A model generated the notes under the pieces. That model searched no databases and had not been told where the DNA came from. It worked only from the letters and a program-made list of their open reading frames with translations. Below, one piece after another: positions 13,612 to 26,016 of a stretch of DNA of 64,000 bases. Every line of letters starts with the position of its first letter. Positions within the stretch are counted from its first letter, which is position 1. Both the position numbers and the translations under genes were made by a program. Origin of the DNA: Macrostomum hystrix (taxonomy: Eukaryota; Animalia; Platyhelminthes); contig CATNEN010000011.1 of NCBI GenBank assembly GCA_950097015.1, positions 2,108,001 to 2,172,000 on the forward strand, read 5' to 3'.

Positions 13612-15091
13612 ACAGTGATTGATGGAAGCTGAGGATCCCAGTCGAACTAATTAGCACACCTCTAACTCCTGACATTCGCACCTAAAATGTCCCCACCCAA
13701 CATTTGCACTTTGTTGAGGAACTCAATTGTTGCTTCCGTGCCTGCTGAACAGGCGGTCTCTAAATCATCAGCCCGACGGTGAAAGGCAACCAGCAGTCAA
13801 CCTCTGAGCTCACCGTGTGGGCATTCATGTTGCTGCTGGCTGTGTTGCAGCTTCATTATTTTTTTAGCTGCTTTTACCTCTGGTTTCGACTGGTTTGGCT
13901 GCCGCCCTGTTACGCAGTGCAGTTGGTTGATTTTTTACACCATCGACTGTTAATCCCCTTCCTATTTAAAAAGCTATAATCAAACAACAGCTCGATAACA
14001 CCTGTTCATGCTGTCTAAAAAATAAAACAAACGAACAATTATCTCCATGATCAAACAAAAACTTAATCGATCCTAAAAAATCATGATTTAGCTTTCTGTT
14101 CAATTCATTTTGGTTTCTTTTAAATAGACAAATGCTGCTTATACTACTCACATTCATACATCAGTTATACAGAAGCCTTGCAATATCGATTCATAACCTA
14201 GAGTCTAGTTTTTATTTGCGAGCAAATACTCGTATTGTCCATGGCGATGGGCGAAAATCGATTGAATGAATCCAATGAATTTAGTTCAAAGTCATTTAAA
14301 CGCCCCTTTCTATACTTATTATAACCTTTCGGGTTCTTGAAGCTGCGTACAGTTTGAGAGTATTAAACGACTGACTTCAGGCAGAGGATGTCTATGGTAA
14401 AAAATGTCGGAGCTGCGTTTAACTAAAGAAAATGCCGCTTATCCTCGGGAGTGTTGGCTGTTTGTCCTAACTTTCAAAAAAGCATTCTTGGAAATCTACG
14501 ATTTCTCATCTTCAACGAAGTCTTAGTCGAAAAATGCCATAGACTGCAATAAACGATGTCAGTCGGAAAGACAAGGATTTCTGATTCTGATAATTTGAAA
14601 TTCCATTTCTTCAAACGTTTAAAATCCAAATGATGATCGTGACAAATATATTTCGCATCCTGTGTGCATTGCGGACTGATCAATACTATACTTAATATAT
14701 TTTAGCGGCTATGAAAGCAATAGGAATAATGATACGATTTTTCATTCTTCTGTGCGGTTTGGTTGAAGGCACTGGGTTAAGCGTAGTACATCCCTACAAT
14801 ACATTTATAGTGTATTAAGCGCAATCAAGCATATACGAATCGAACATGAGTGTCACTGTCATAACTGGCTAAATTCAACTGAAAAAGCAATTTTTTTTAT
14901 TTCCGTCGCTGTCGCGCTTTATCCAGTTAAAGCATTTCCTAGAGTACAATACGTGCATAAAGGCTAGATTAGCGAAATTTTATACTTGATAAAAATGATA
15001 AAAAGACGATTTGACGTACGAATTTTGTCCTGAATCTTTATATAGCTCGTAAATTCCTAAGCCAGAAAAACTAAAATGATTTTTTTTATTC

Positions 15092-18000
15092 TTAAATGGC
15101 ATCGAAATCTTCTAGATCTGTGTCCGTCTCCATTAGGGCCACGAAGGCACTTGCATCGTCCTGAGACATCTGCTGCCGCACCGGCTGCTGCTCAGAGGAC
15201 AAAGATGGTTTCTGCTTCGGCGATTGCTTCGCCCTAGAAGTAGGCGCAGCATCCATCAGAGTGCCTCGGACGTCATCAATCCGGGCCTCACCAACGGGCC
15301 AATTGTCCATCGCCTTTGCTGATGCAGCTTTGTTATTCCGCGCCAGTTCCTCTTGAACAATCTCTCGCACCTTGGCCAGCAGCTCGTCACGCTCGTCCTC
15401 TTCCTTCGGCGAACTGCTGGCCATGAGCTTCTCGCGATTGTTGCGAAGACTAAACGCCTGGTACAGAAGGTACTGCAGTACCAGCTCCTTGTCCAGCTGG
15501 CGCTTGTCGTCGAACGACTTCGTCAGATTTCGTCCACGCGCCTCTCGACGATAATTCTTCCAGGTGCGCCTGAACAGACGTCTGAGGATGTCAAACACGT
15601 TGAATGGCGGCGGCAGGCAGGAGCGAGACTGGAACTCCTCGATCAGTTCGTGACGTTCAAACTGCCACAGCGCCTTGCTGCGAGAGTCGATCTCTTCGAT
15701 GGTTTTACTGAACAACGCGATGATCAGGTTGAGCAGCAGGATCTCTGTGATGATGACGTAGAGTGGCATCACCAGATTCGGCACCAGGTACCTTTTAGTG
15801 TTTTAGAACGGATTTTCGTAAATCGACTCGACAAAAAGAAACAAAAAACAGTCAAAAATGTAACTAAAAAGTGGAGAATAATATCTAGACCAGTCGAGCC
15901 TGACGTACAGCCTGTGGCACAGCCGCAGCTAGCGACTCAGTCTGTGGACTGGGGAGGTCGCTATGCCAACTCAAATTTCTACTCCAGCTGATCAAACTAA
16001 GAAGCCACGGATTAAAAGCCCCTATTGTTTAAAAGTTAAGATTTATTAATGCACCTTAAATATACCATAAAGGCAAGGTACAAATCACCAATTTAACAAC
16101 TGTGTGAACTGAAGCAACGCAGAGTGTCTTACGGGCACGTATTGTTTCAGTGGAGTCTGGAATCGAACCTCCGACCTTCAATTCGCGAATCCGACGCTCT
16201 AATCACTAGGCTACAACCCCTCGTTTTCTCGTTTTCCAATGTACAAACGTACATGAATGTATAAACTTTAATATGTGCAGCAACTTTAATATAAACTATT
16301 TATATTACTTTTGGCTATATGTAAGGTAGCTACTAATAGTAGTCAGTAAGAAATGCAAATATATATATATAAAATTCCGTCAATAGAAGCTAGACAGCAG
16401 TGAGAGGGGGGCATGTTAACTATTACGGGTGGGTTCCAATCGGATAAAACAATCTCGCAAACGCCATTAAAATTATTCGAAAGTGTTTTATCAGTTTATC
16501 AGTGTGTTTATCAGCGCGCGGTTCATGTACATCGCCATTCTCAAACTCACCGGCCATACTGATGTGGGCAGGACTTCCGATTGGTTGTCTTGTTGCTGTA
16601 GATATTATCGCACTCTGAGTCACCCTCAATCAGGTCTAGACTGTACTCTCCCACCATGCTGTAGAAGCATATCCTGAACATGGCCACCAGAACCTCTCTG
16701 GTAGTCATCTTGTCCGAATTCCATGCGTAGTAACCATTGGGAAATAGCAGGCCATGGATGAGAACACCAAATCCCAGGATGAAGATGAACAGGATGAACA
16801 GAAACGGCATCATGTCCTTAATGATCATAGTGGCTATCATTTTCAGCTTGGGTCCGAGCACCTCCAGAACGGTTGAGATGTATAGAAGACGCACCCAGTA
16901 GAGCATACAAGATGTACCTATAAAGAGAGGCAGGAACTGACTAAGTAAACATACATAATAACTATAATAATCATAATAACAATAATTGATTACACTGCCC
17001 CAATTAGGACAGATGTTCAGTCGTCAGCACAGACGCAGCTATGCGCGGCGCATTTGAAGACTACGTACGGCTGTTCAGTCCATGGACTGGGGGGACGCCA
17101 CACCCACCTTCAATTACCCCAGCGGATGCTGGTACCCATTCAACATCTGGGTGAACTGAATCAATGCAGAGTTAAGTGTCTTGCTAAAGGACACAAATTT
17201 TTCCAGTGGAGTTGGGAATCGAACCCCCGACCTTCAAGTCGTGAGTCAGACGCTCTAACCACGGGGCTACAACCCCTTGTAGGCTGTAGTCTAAATACGA
17301 GCGTATAAAGAGAGCACATACAAATATTTATAGCAGATATATAATCAAACAAGACTTACAATTGATTTTACATACTTACCCAGAAATAGTCGAGCATTGT
17401 ACCATAGCGTGTCATCAAAGGCCATCTCCAACGATTTCTCGTCAGTAGCAGCTGTCCTGTCATACCTGGAGATTCGCAATGCAAAGCCAATCACGGCCGA
17501 CAAAAGAGCCAATAGGTCGATGATGTTCCACTTGCTTGAAAAAAAGTCTGATATTGATTCGTGCAAGAGCCGATACTGGACAAACTCAGCCAGCTCCTCG
17601 ATGAGAAATCCGAATATGATAAAGTAAGCAATCACTTCCGGCGCGCTGAGCTCGTACTCAAATTGAAGCAGAACAATGTAGGACAATAGCAAAAGTAAGA
17701 CAATATGAGACATGGCATGGTACCGGAATTTAACAGCCGGTATTTGATAGAACCCGTACAGCAGGCTGAATAGAAGGCGAATATGCTCAAGACTGAAGAA
17801 GGACGGCCCATCGGGTGAGTAGCTGCTCGCCGTCTCTTCGTTCTCAGGCTCCGACTTTGGCCGATAATCGGACACAGCCGAGTTCAGTGACGTCATTGAT
17901 TGGCTCAAGTGTTCCCGCGATCGCCTGACTGGTCGAAGCTCCGAGGATCGGACTCGCCTAGCCATGACGGGCGTGGGGTGGTCCTCCTGACCGACCCGCA

Positions 18001-20424
18001 TGGACTCGGGCAGAAGGAAGTCGCACTTGCGAACGCTAGAAACCCTTGCACCCTCCTGCTGAAACATCTCGGCATTCTCATCCAGCTTGTTGGCTTTCTC
18101 TGTGTACTTATTTTCCAAATGGAGCAGAATGATTGGTATGAGTAGGTTGCATGGTATTAGGCCCAGCCAAATGAGCACCTCGCGAACGTAGGTATTGACG
18201 TACAGAAGGAACCCGAACCAGCTCTTGTTCAGGGCCTCTTGGCCAGCTTGGGTTTGCAGGAACTTTGCCGAACTGTTCCTTGCAGCTAGCTGAATGCAGG
18301 AAATGTCACCGTACGTTGGCAGTCTAAGTAGTAAATATTCAACTGTCGTCTGCTTGTTGAACGAAGTGTCCAGTTGGTGAATATTCATCACTGTCTGCGC
18401 TGCGAACATCTCGCAGGTGCTCGCCAGCTGTTCCATCTCAGCTGCGTCCACGGTCATGTTCGGGATGGTAGTGAAAGCCCGCAGTACGCTGGCACAGTAG
18501 AGACCAAGAGGTACCACATCGAACTTCTCCTGCCGCAATAGAATCTCTGTGAGCTTGTGGCGACCCGTGAATATCGACCACATGACCAGCGTGTCCATGG
18601 GGTGCCGCATATAGTCCCCTTGAGCCTGAAATTCTGCATCGCGGTGGGCGCGCAGCTTGAAGTTTGAGCACTTCTGAGCATAGAAGCGAGTGAAAGCTTC
18701 CCTGTCAAGCTTGTGGTCATTGACGAAGTTGTTGGTCAGATGGCTTACAATGCCATTGTTCCCTCGGTTTGGCGTGTGAACGTACAGCTCGTCGATGTGC
18801 TCCTCAATCTGAGCTCGAATTTCGAACCAAACTAGACCGCAAGTCATGATTCGCTCCAGCATCACGTTATCCTCTCTGAATAGTACGTATCTCACTATGT
18901 TGGAGCTGGTCTTTAATAGGACATCCTTGTTGCCAGGATCTAGCAGTACATGAATTGCTTCTGTCTGCAGCAGTTTCAGTACTACGTCCTTGAACTCTAT
19001 AAGATCTATTTTGTCATCCTTCTCCAGCTTGGAGAGAAGCTCAGCCTCTTCCTGCGTGGACAAGTTGTCATAGCTGATCTGGCACAGCTGATACTCATTG
19101 TCCACAGCATCCAGAAAGTTAAGATATTGCTGGAACTGCGGGTCTTGGAAGAGTTCACTGAATGACTGCGCCTCGCTCTTAGTCATCTCCTGGGTGAAGA
19201 AGTACGCCAGGTCACTCATGAGAACGACACTACCCAGCCCAAGCACCTGATCTATGACGGTCTTCTTACTGTCCGACTGAATGTCAACAAATGCACCATT
19301 GTTGAGTAGCAAGGCGGTGATGTTGCGATTCTGGTTGATCACGGCGATGTGCAGTGCCGTCTTACCCTCGTAGCCCTTCAGGTTGACAACGTCCTGATTG
19401 CAGTTATCTAAGAGTGTCTTCACGTGAACTGCCGAATCCTCAAGACAGGCTCGGTGCAATGGACTGTTGCCTTGTCGGTCACTGACGTCGACGTCAGCCC
19501 GGCAAATTTCTAAAATGTATTGGCGAACTTTTTTATCAACCATGCCAAACTGGTACCTAAAAGCAGGTTCACAATGGGCAGGTGAGACTTACTCAACAGG
19601 CAAGACAGCACGTCGATAGTTGGGAATCCACACGCTCGATGCAGCGGATACTCGCCGCTAGGCAGTGGAATGTTCGGATTGGCGCCAAGGGCCACCAACT
19701 TCCTCATCGCTTGCGTCTGCTGGCTCTCCACGGCATAGTGCAGTGGAACATAGTTTTCGAGGTTCTTTTTGTTAAAATTCACTCCCTTATTGTGCAGGAT
19801 GTCCAGAACATGCAAGTGGCCATCAGCGGCAGCGATATCTGACAATGTCTGGTTGCCTCTCTGACACTCGTACAGGTTTTTTTCCGTTAGCATGGACTCG
19901 AGTTTATCCAGGTCCCCATCGTAATAGGCTCGCATAAACGGTGTCACAGGTGTATCATCCTTCCGCTTAACTGATGGCGACAAGCTCGGGGTGATGACGA
20001 GATTCCGGAAAAAGCCCGGAGGCCGTATGTTGCGAACGTCTCGCAGCGGTCTGGAGTTGCGACGCTTCTGGAGAGCCGACATGTCACGACCCGTGTCCAC
20101 CGACTCGCCAGTGTTGGACGAGGCTGAGGCGAACCTCTGCCTGCGCTGCGGCTGCTGCTGCTGCTCCTGGGGCTTTGGCTGAGTCTTCTCCTGCTGACGC
20201 TTGAGGCCGGAGACATCGTCGGTGTCCTCGACGCGAATGGAAATTCCAGCGCCTGGAGAGACCGGCTTTCCACTGTCCATAACTGCTTGAGGCGTCAATA
20301 AGTTCTGCTGCTGCTGCTGCTGCACCACTGAGTACTGCCTGGGCAGCAAAGGTCGATGGCGCAGGCTAAATTGACGGGCGCCGTTTTCGCTTCGCGCCGC
20401 TTTGGCACCAGCAGGGCGCGGCAT
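15092..20424 (-). CDS. TRP cation channel with N-terminal ankyrin repeats and TRPM-like MHR3/4, S1-S6 and TRP box, about 1342 aa. Exons 20424-19593, 19509-17380, 16917-16551, 15791-15092
   Basis: Ankyrin motifs (YVPLHYA, EYPLHRA, NSPLHRA, KTALHIA); TRPM-like HPMDTLVMWSIF, CIQLAA, LGPKLKMI, LLLNLIIALFS and WQFERHELIEEF...LPPPF. Splicing the 83-nt intron 19510-19592 restores a 34-aa ankyrin repeat. Exons total 4029 nt and keep frame. Confidence 0.92.
16095..16221 (-). mobile_element. SINE family A, degenerate 5' part
   Basis: tRNA-like head with B box GGTTCGATTCC; similar to the 16975-17276 and 41559-41870 copies. Confidence 0.7.
16975..17276 (-). mobile_element. SINE family A (tRNA head, CORE-like middle, 3' stem-loop, ATT tail)
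   Basis: A/B boxes, GTGTCCTTTAGCAAGACACTTAAC central motif, near-identical copies elsewhere in the window. Confidence 0.85.
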
Positions 20425-21419
20425 TCCTCAAACAGTTGCGTTTATATAGTCGCAGAACACAAAGCGGATCGGAATAGGTCGGCAGAAAGGGATTTAGTCC
20501 TCAGGCTACATTCATCAGGACTGGGCTATATTTCTTCTGGTGGTCTTTCTTCTTCACTTTTTCTACGGTCGGTGACAGGCTCGGTCCGACCTGGGCGCTT
20601 GAAATCCGAGAGTGAGAGAGAGAATGGAAGTTCGGGAGGCTGGGCAAGATGAGGAATGACTTGATGACCAGGTAGGACAGCTGCTGGTTTTTCTGTTGCA
20701 CCAACTGTGGCAGTTGCGCCAAGCACCAGGTACGCCAGTTCAGGCACCAAGTAACAAATTTAATCGCGCAAAAGATTCTCGGTTTAAAAATGAGTCCGCG
20801 AATGTTAATTAAACAGACGCCAACGATTTCAAGCGTTCCTTTATTCATAGCATTGGTCGTGGTGCATTTTCGTCGATCTCCTGCCGTATTCTGCTCGATC
20901 GATAGTACACGACCTGTACGCATCTTCTGGAAGCTGGAACTGTACGCCAGAATCTGGGAGCTGGGACGATGCTAAAGTTTAGCTAGACATTCTTTCTGTT
21001 TCTACGTCCAAACGACAGACAAAGCGGAGAGGAGGAAGGAAGTAGATAGGATGAGGGACGAGCCGGAAGGTCGCAGGATTTGGCTATTGGATCGCAACAC
21101 TAATTGCAGACCTTTGCAGTTGGAATGAGGAAATACCTCTAGGAGGCATTGAAATCAGACTTTCAGTTGGATAGACAGAATGGCCCGGACTTTAAAGAAA
21201 ACCAGATGTATGGTCCGGTTAGGTACCTCCCCACTGCAAAAGAAACCCGTGCCTATTTTGATAAAAGTACAAAGTCAAAGCCAGACAGTGCAGCCCAGGT
21301 TCGTCAAGTTCAGGTCGGTGGGGGTATGGTCCGTTATTTTCGTTAGAAGGCTCGCAAAAATACGCTATTGCAAAAATACACAAGAGTTTATTGTTCCATC
21401 TGAAGGATGGAGACTGTTA

Positions 21420-21845
<426 letters not shown>

Positions 21846-22079
21846 TCAGACTGTTATCCAAAGCCCAAAAGTTGTCCATTGTGAGGCTATCCAATAAACA
21901 GGAAACAAACCGGATGCACATTGAATGGGAAAGCTATGTTCTCAATGCAACACTGAGCTGCAACTCAAGTAAGGTTCAAAATAATAATTCACTCTGTGAC
22001 GCTTGTGCGATTGTGAAATTTAATACCCTGCGTACGGACTGGTGTTACACATAATTTCTTACCAAAGTCTTCATGAAAT

Positions 22080-24922
22080 AGGAGGCCGTGGAGACAGCAG
22101 AGACTGGGTGAGGGAGACAGTGGAGACTGGGTGAGGGAGACAGCAGAGACAGGGTGAGGGAGACAGAAGAGACTGAGTGAGAGAGACAGCAGAGACTGGG
22201 TGAGGGAGACAGCAGAGACTGGGTGAGGGAGACAGCAGAGACTGGGTGGGGGAGACAGCAGAGACTGGGTGAGGGAGACAGTGGAGACTGAGTGGGGGAG
22301 ACAGTGGAGACTGGGTGGGGGAGACAGCAAAGACTGGGTGAGGGAGACAGCAGAGACTGGGTGGGGGAGACAGCAGAGACTAGGTGAGGGAGACAGCAGA
22401 GACTGGGTGGGGGAGACAGCAGAGATTGGGTGAGGGAGACAGCAGAGATTGGGTGAGGGAGACAGCAGAGACTGGGTGGGGGAGACAGCAGAGACTGGGT
22501 GGGGGAGACAGCAGAGACTGGGTGAGGGAGACAGTGGAGACTGAGTGGGGGAGACAGCAGAGACTGGGTGAGGGAGACAGCAGAGACTGGGTGAGGGAGA
22601 CAGCAGAGACTGGGTGAGGGAGACAGTGGAGACTGGGTGGGGGAGACAGCAGAGACTGGGTGAGGGAGACAGCAGAGACTGGGTGAGAGAGACAGCAGAG
22701 ACTGGGTGAGGGAGACAGCAGAGACTGGGTGGGGGAGACAGCAGAGACTGGGTGAGGGAGACAGCAGAGACTGGGTGAGGGAGACAGCAGAGACTGGGTG
22801 AGGGAGACAGAAGAGACTGGGTGAGGGAGACAGTGGAGATTGGGTGAGGGAGACAGCAGAGACTGGGTGAGGGAGACAGTGGAGACTGGGTGAGGGAGAC
22901 AGCAGAGACTGGGTGAGGGAGACAGCAGAGACTGGGTGAGGGAGACAGCAGAGACTGGGTGAGGGAGACAGCAGAGACTGGGTGAGGGAGACAGCAGAGA
23001 TTGGGTGAGGGAGACAGTGGAGACTGGGTGAGGGAGACAGCAGAGATTGGGTGAGGGAGACAGCAGAGACTGGGTGAGGGAGGCAGCAGAGACTGGGTGA
23101 GGGAGACAGCAGAGACTGGGTGAGGGAGACAGCAGAGACTGGGTGGGGGAGACAGCAGAGACTGGGTGAGGGAGACAGTGGAGACTGAGTGGGGGAGACA
23201 GTGGAGACTGGGTGGGGGAGACAGCAGAGACTGGGTGAGGGAGACAGCAGAGACTGGGTGGGGGAGACAGCAGAGACTAGGTGAGGGAGACAGCAGAGAC
23301 TGGGTGGGGGAGACAGCAGAGATTGGGTGAGGGAGACAGCAGAGATTGGGTGAGGGAGACAGCAGAGACTGGGTGGGGGAGACAGCAGAGACTGGGTGGG
23401 GGAGACAGCAGAGACTGGGTGAGGGAGACAGTGGAGACTGAGTGGGGGAGACAGCAGAGACTGGGTGAGGGAGACAGCAGAGACTGGGTGAGGGAGACAG
23501 CAGAGACTGGGTGAGGGAGACAGTGGAGACTGGGTGGGGGAGACAGCAGAGACTGGGTGAGGGAGACAGCAGAGACTGGGTGAGAGAGACAGCAGAGACT
23601 GGGTGAGGGAGACAGCAGAGACTGGGTGGGGGAGACAGCAGAGACTGGGTGAGGGAGACAGCAGAGACTGGGTGAGGGAGACAGCAGAGACTGGGTGAGG
23701 GAGACAGAAGAGACTGGGTGAGGGAGACAGTGGAGATTGGGTGAGGGAGACAGCAGAGACTGGGTGAGGGAGACAGTGGAGACTGGGTGAGGGAGACAGC
23801 AGAGACTGGGTGAGGGAGACAGCAGAGACTGGGTGAGGGAGACAGCAGAGACTGGGTGAGGGAGACAGCAGAGACTGGGTGAGGGAGACAGCAGAGATTG
23901 GGTGAGGGAGACAGTGGAGACTGGGTGAGGGAGACAGCAGAGATTGGGTGAGGGAGACAGCAGAGACTGGGTGAGGGAGGCAGCAGAGACTGGGTGAGGG
24001 AGACAGCAGAGACTGGGTGAGGGAGACAGCAGAGACTGGGTGGGGGAGACAGCAGAGACTGGGTGAGGGAGACAGTGGAGACTGAGTGGGGGAGACAGTG
24101 GAGACTGGGTGGGGGAGACAGCAGAGACTGGGTGAGGGAGACAGCAGAGACTGGGTGGGGGAGACAGCAGAGACTAGGTGAGGGAGACAGCAGAGACTGG
24201 GTGGGGGAGACAGCAGAGATTGGGTGAGGGAGACAGCAGAGATTGGGTGAGGGAGACAGCAGAGACTGGGTGGGGGAGACAGCAGAGACTGGGTGGGGGA
24301 GACAGCAGAGACTGGGTGAGGGAGACAGTGGAGACTGAGTGGGGGAGACAGCAGAGACTGGGTGAGGGAGACAGCAGAGACTGGGTGAGGGAGACAGCAG
24401 AGACTGGGTGAGGGAGACAGTGGAGACTGGGTGGGGGAGACAGCAGAGACTGGGTGAGGGAGACAGCAGAGACTGGGTGAGGGAGACAGCAGAGACTGGG
24501 TGGGGGAGACAGCAGAGACTGGGTGAGGGAGACAGCAGAGACTGGGTGGGGGAGACAGCAGAGACTGGGTGAGGGAGACAGTGGAGACTGGGTGAGGGAG
24601 ACAGCAGAGACTGGGTGAGGGAGACAGAAGAGACTGGGTGAGGGAGACAGTGGAGATTGGGTGAGGGAGACAGCAGAGACTGGGTGAGGGAGACAATGGA
24701 GACTGGGTGAGGGAGACAGCAGAGACTGGGTGAGGGAGACAGCAGAGACTGGGTGAGGGAGACAGCAGAGACTGGGTGAGGGAGACAGTGGAGACTGGGT
24801 GAGGGAGACAGCAGAGACTGGGTGAGGGAGACAGCAGAGATTGGGTGAGGGAGACAGTGGAGACTGGGTGGGGGAGACAGCAGAGATTGGGTGAGGGAGA
24901 CAGTGGAGACTGGGTGAGGGAG
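22080..24922. repeat. 23-bp GGGAGACAGCAGAGACTGGGTGA array with an 897-bp (39-monomer) higher-order repeat
   Basis: Identical variant blocks and identical 77-aa ORFs at 22384, 23281 and 24178. Confidence 0.96.
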
Positions 24923-26016
24923 ATCGCGTATTTCATGATGCAGAGAAGGCAGAAACCTTAATTTAGCAGTCCTCTGATACGGGTATGCATCAGTATAAAA
25001 TCCATATGGAGATGGCTGTAAGCAGATGAGGTGCATGGTTAATTAATTAATCCACAGTTCTTTTCAACCATCAGGTTTATTATCCAGAAAATGTATATTA
25101 CACACTGCACGCACGTACTCTTCGGTAAAGCTCCAAAGAACTATGTAGAGGTCGGGTGCAAAAGAGAAGCCATTTATTTTTCAATGCCAGTTAGCTCTGG
25201 TCAGTTCTGCCGAACTAAAAATCAGATTGTACTTTACAACTCGCTCGCTCCCTATCTGAAAGCACAAAAATACTTTATTTCACAACTGATGTGAGTTTAG
25301 CACTAGAAAACTTTGAGCAGCAAGCGAACTCAAGTTCAATAAAGTGGTTAGAGATTAGAGTTTGCATTTGTTTGGCTTGAAGAAACACACAGACGCCTAA
25401 AATAGTCACTTAACATTTGAGCAGGAAAACTTTTGTCAGGTGTGCGGGGTCGTTCGCCCGATTCTCTTCATAAAATGACCGATTCTGAGCAGGGCAGGGC
25501 TTTGTTAAAAACGCCATCTGAATGTGCAGCGTGTTATTGCATGAGTGCGTGCGCATACAATTGACTCAACAATTCTATGCTCATTGGCTCAGTGTTATAA
25601 TAATACTTGCCTTGTGCACAATGCGACTCTGGGCCGAGTTGCGTTGCCAAAACATTGCACCGGGGCTGGGGGTAGGTGTTTTGAGCGCATTCTAAAACAC
25701 CCCCCCTGTCTGTGACCCAGTATTGATTCTGCTGTGTGACACAGGCCTGAGCTCATTGGCTGGGCTAGCTGAGCACAACTGCTCAGGAATCTCAAATCTC
25801 AATCTCAACAACTACAAAGCGTGCAGCGAGCGGGCGAGAGACGTTGTGCGAGGGAGAATTAGTTGTGAAGGCGTTATTTTTACAAGCGAAACGGACATTG
25901 GCTAGGCGCCTTGACTAACAGTGATCAACAACGCTTTTGAGAAGACTGGCGCTTATTTGGGATTGCTTGCTGTAGGGAAAATCAACTCAGATCGGACAGG
26001 AATTTAACGCTTCAAT

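Noticed and set aside
19557-19592. 36-nt intron using the first AG in the TRP gene
   Set aside because: It keeps the upstream frame and meets a stop; the acceptor at 19510 restores frame and a complete ankyrin repeat.
20501-20923. ORFs upstream of the TRP start as extra coding exons
   Set aside because: No recognisable motifs, an in-frame TGA lies two codons before ATG 20424, and no convincing splice link was found.
21989-25036. 1015-aa and 963-aa ORFs
   Set aside because: Translations of a 23-bp tandem array lacking stops on that strand; no domain, splice context or codon bias.
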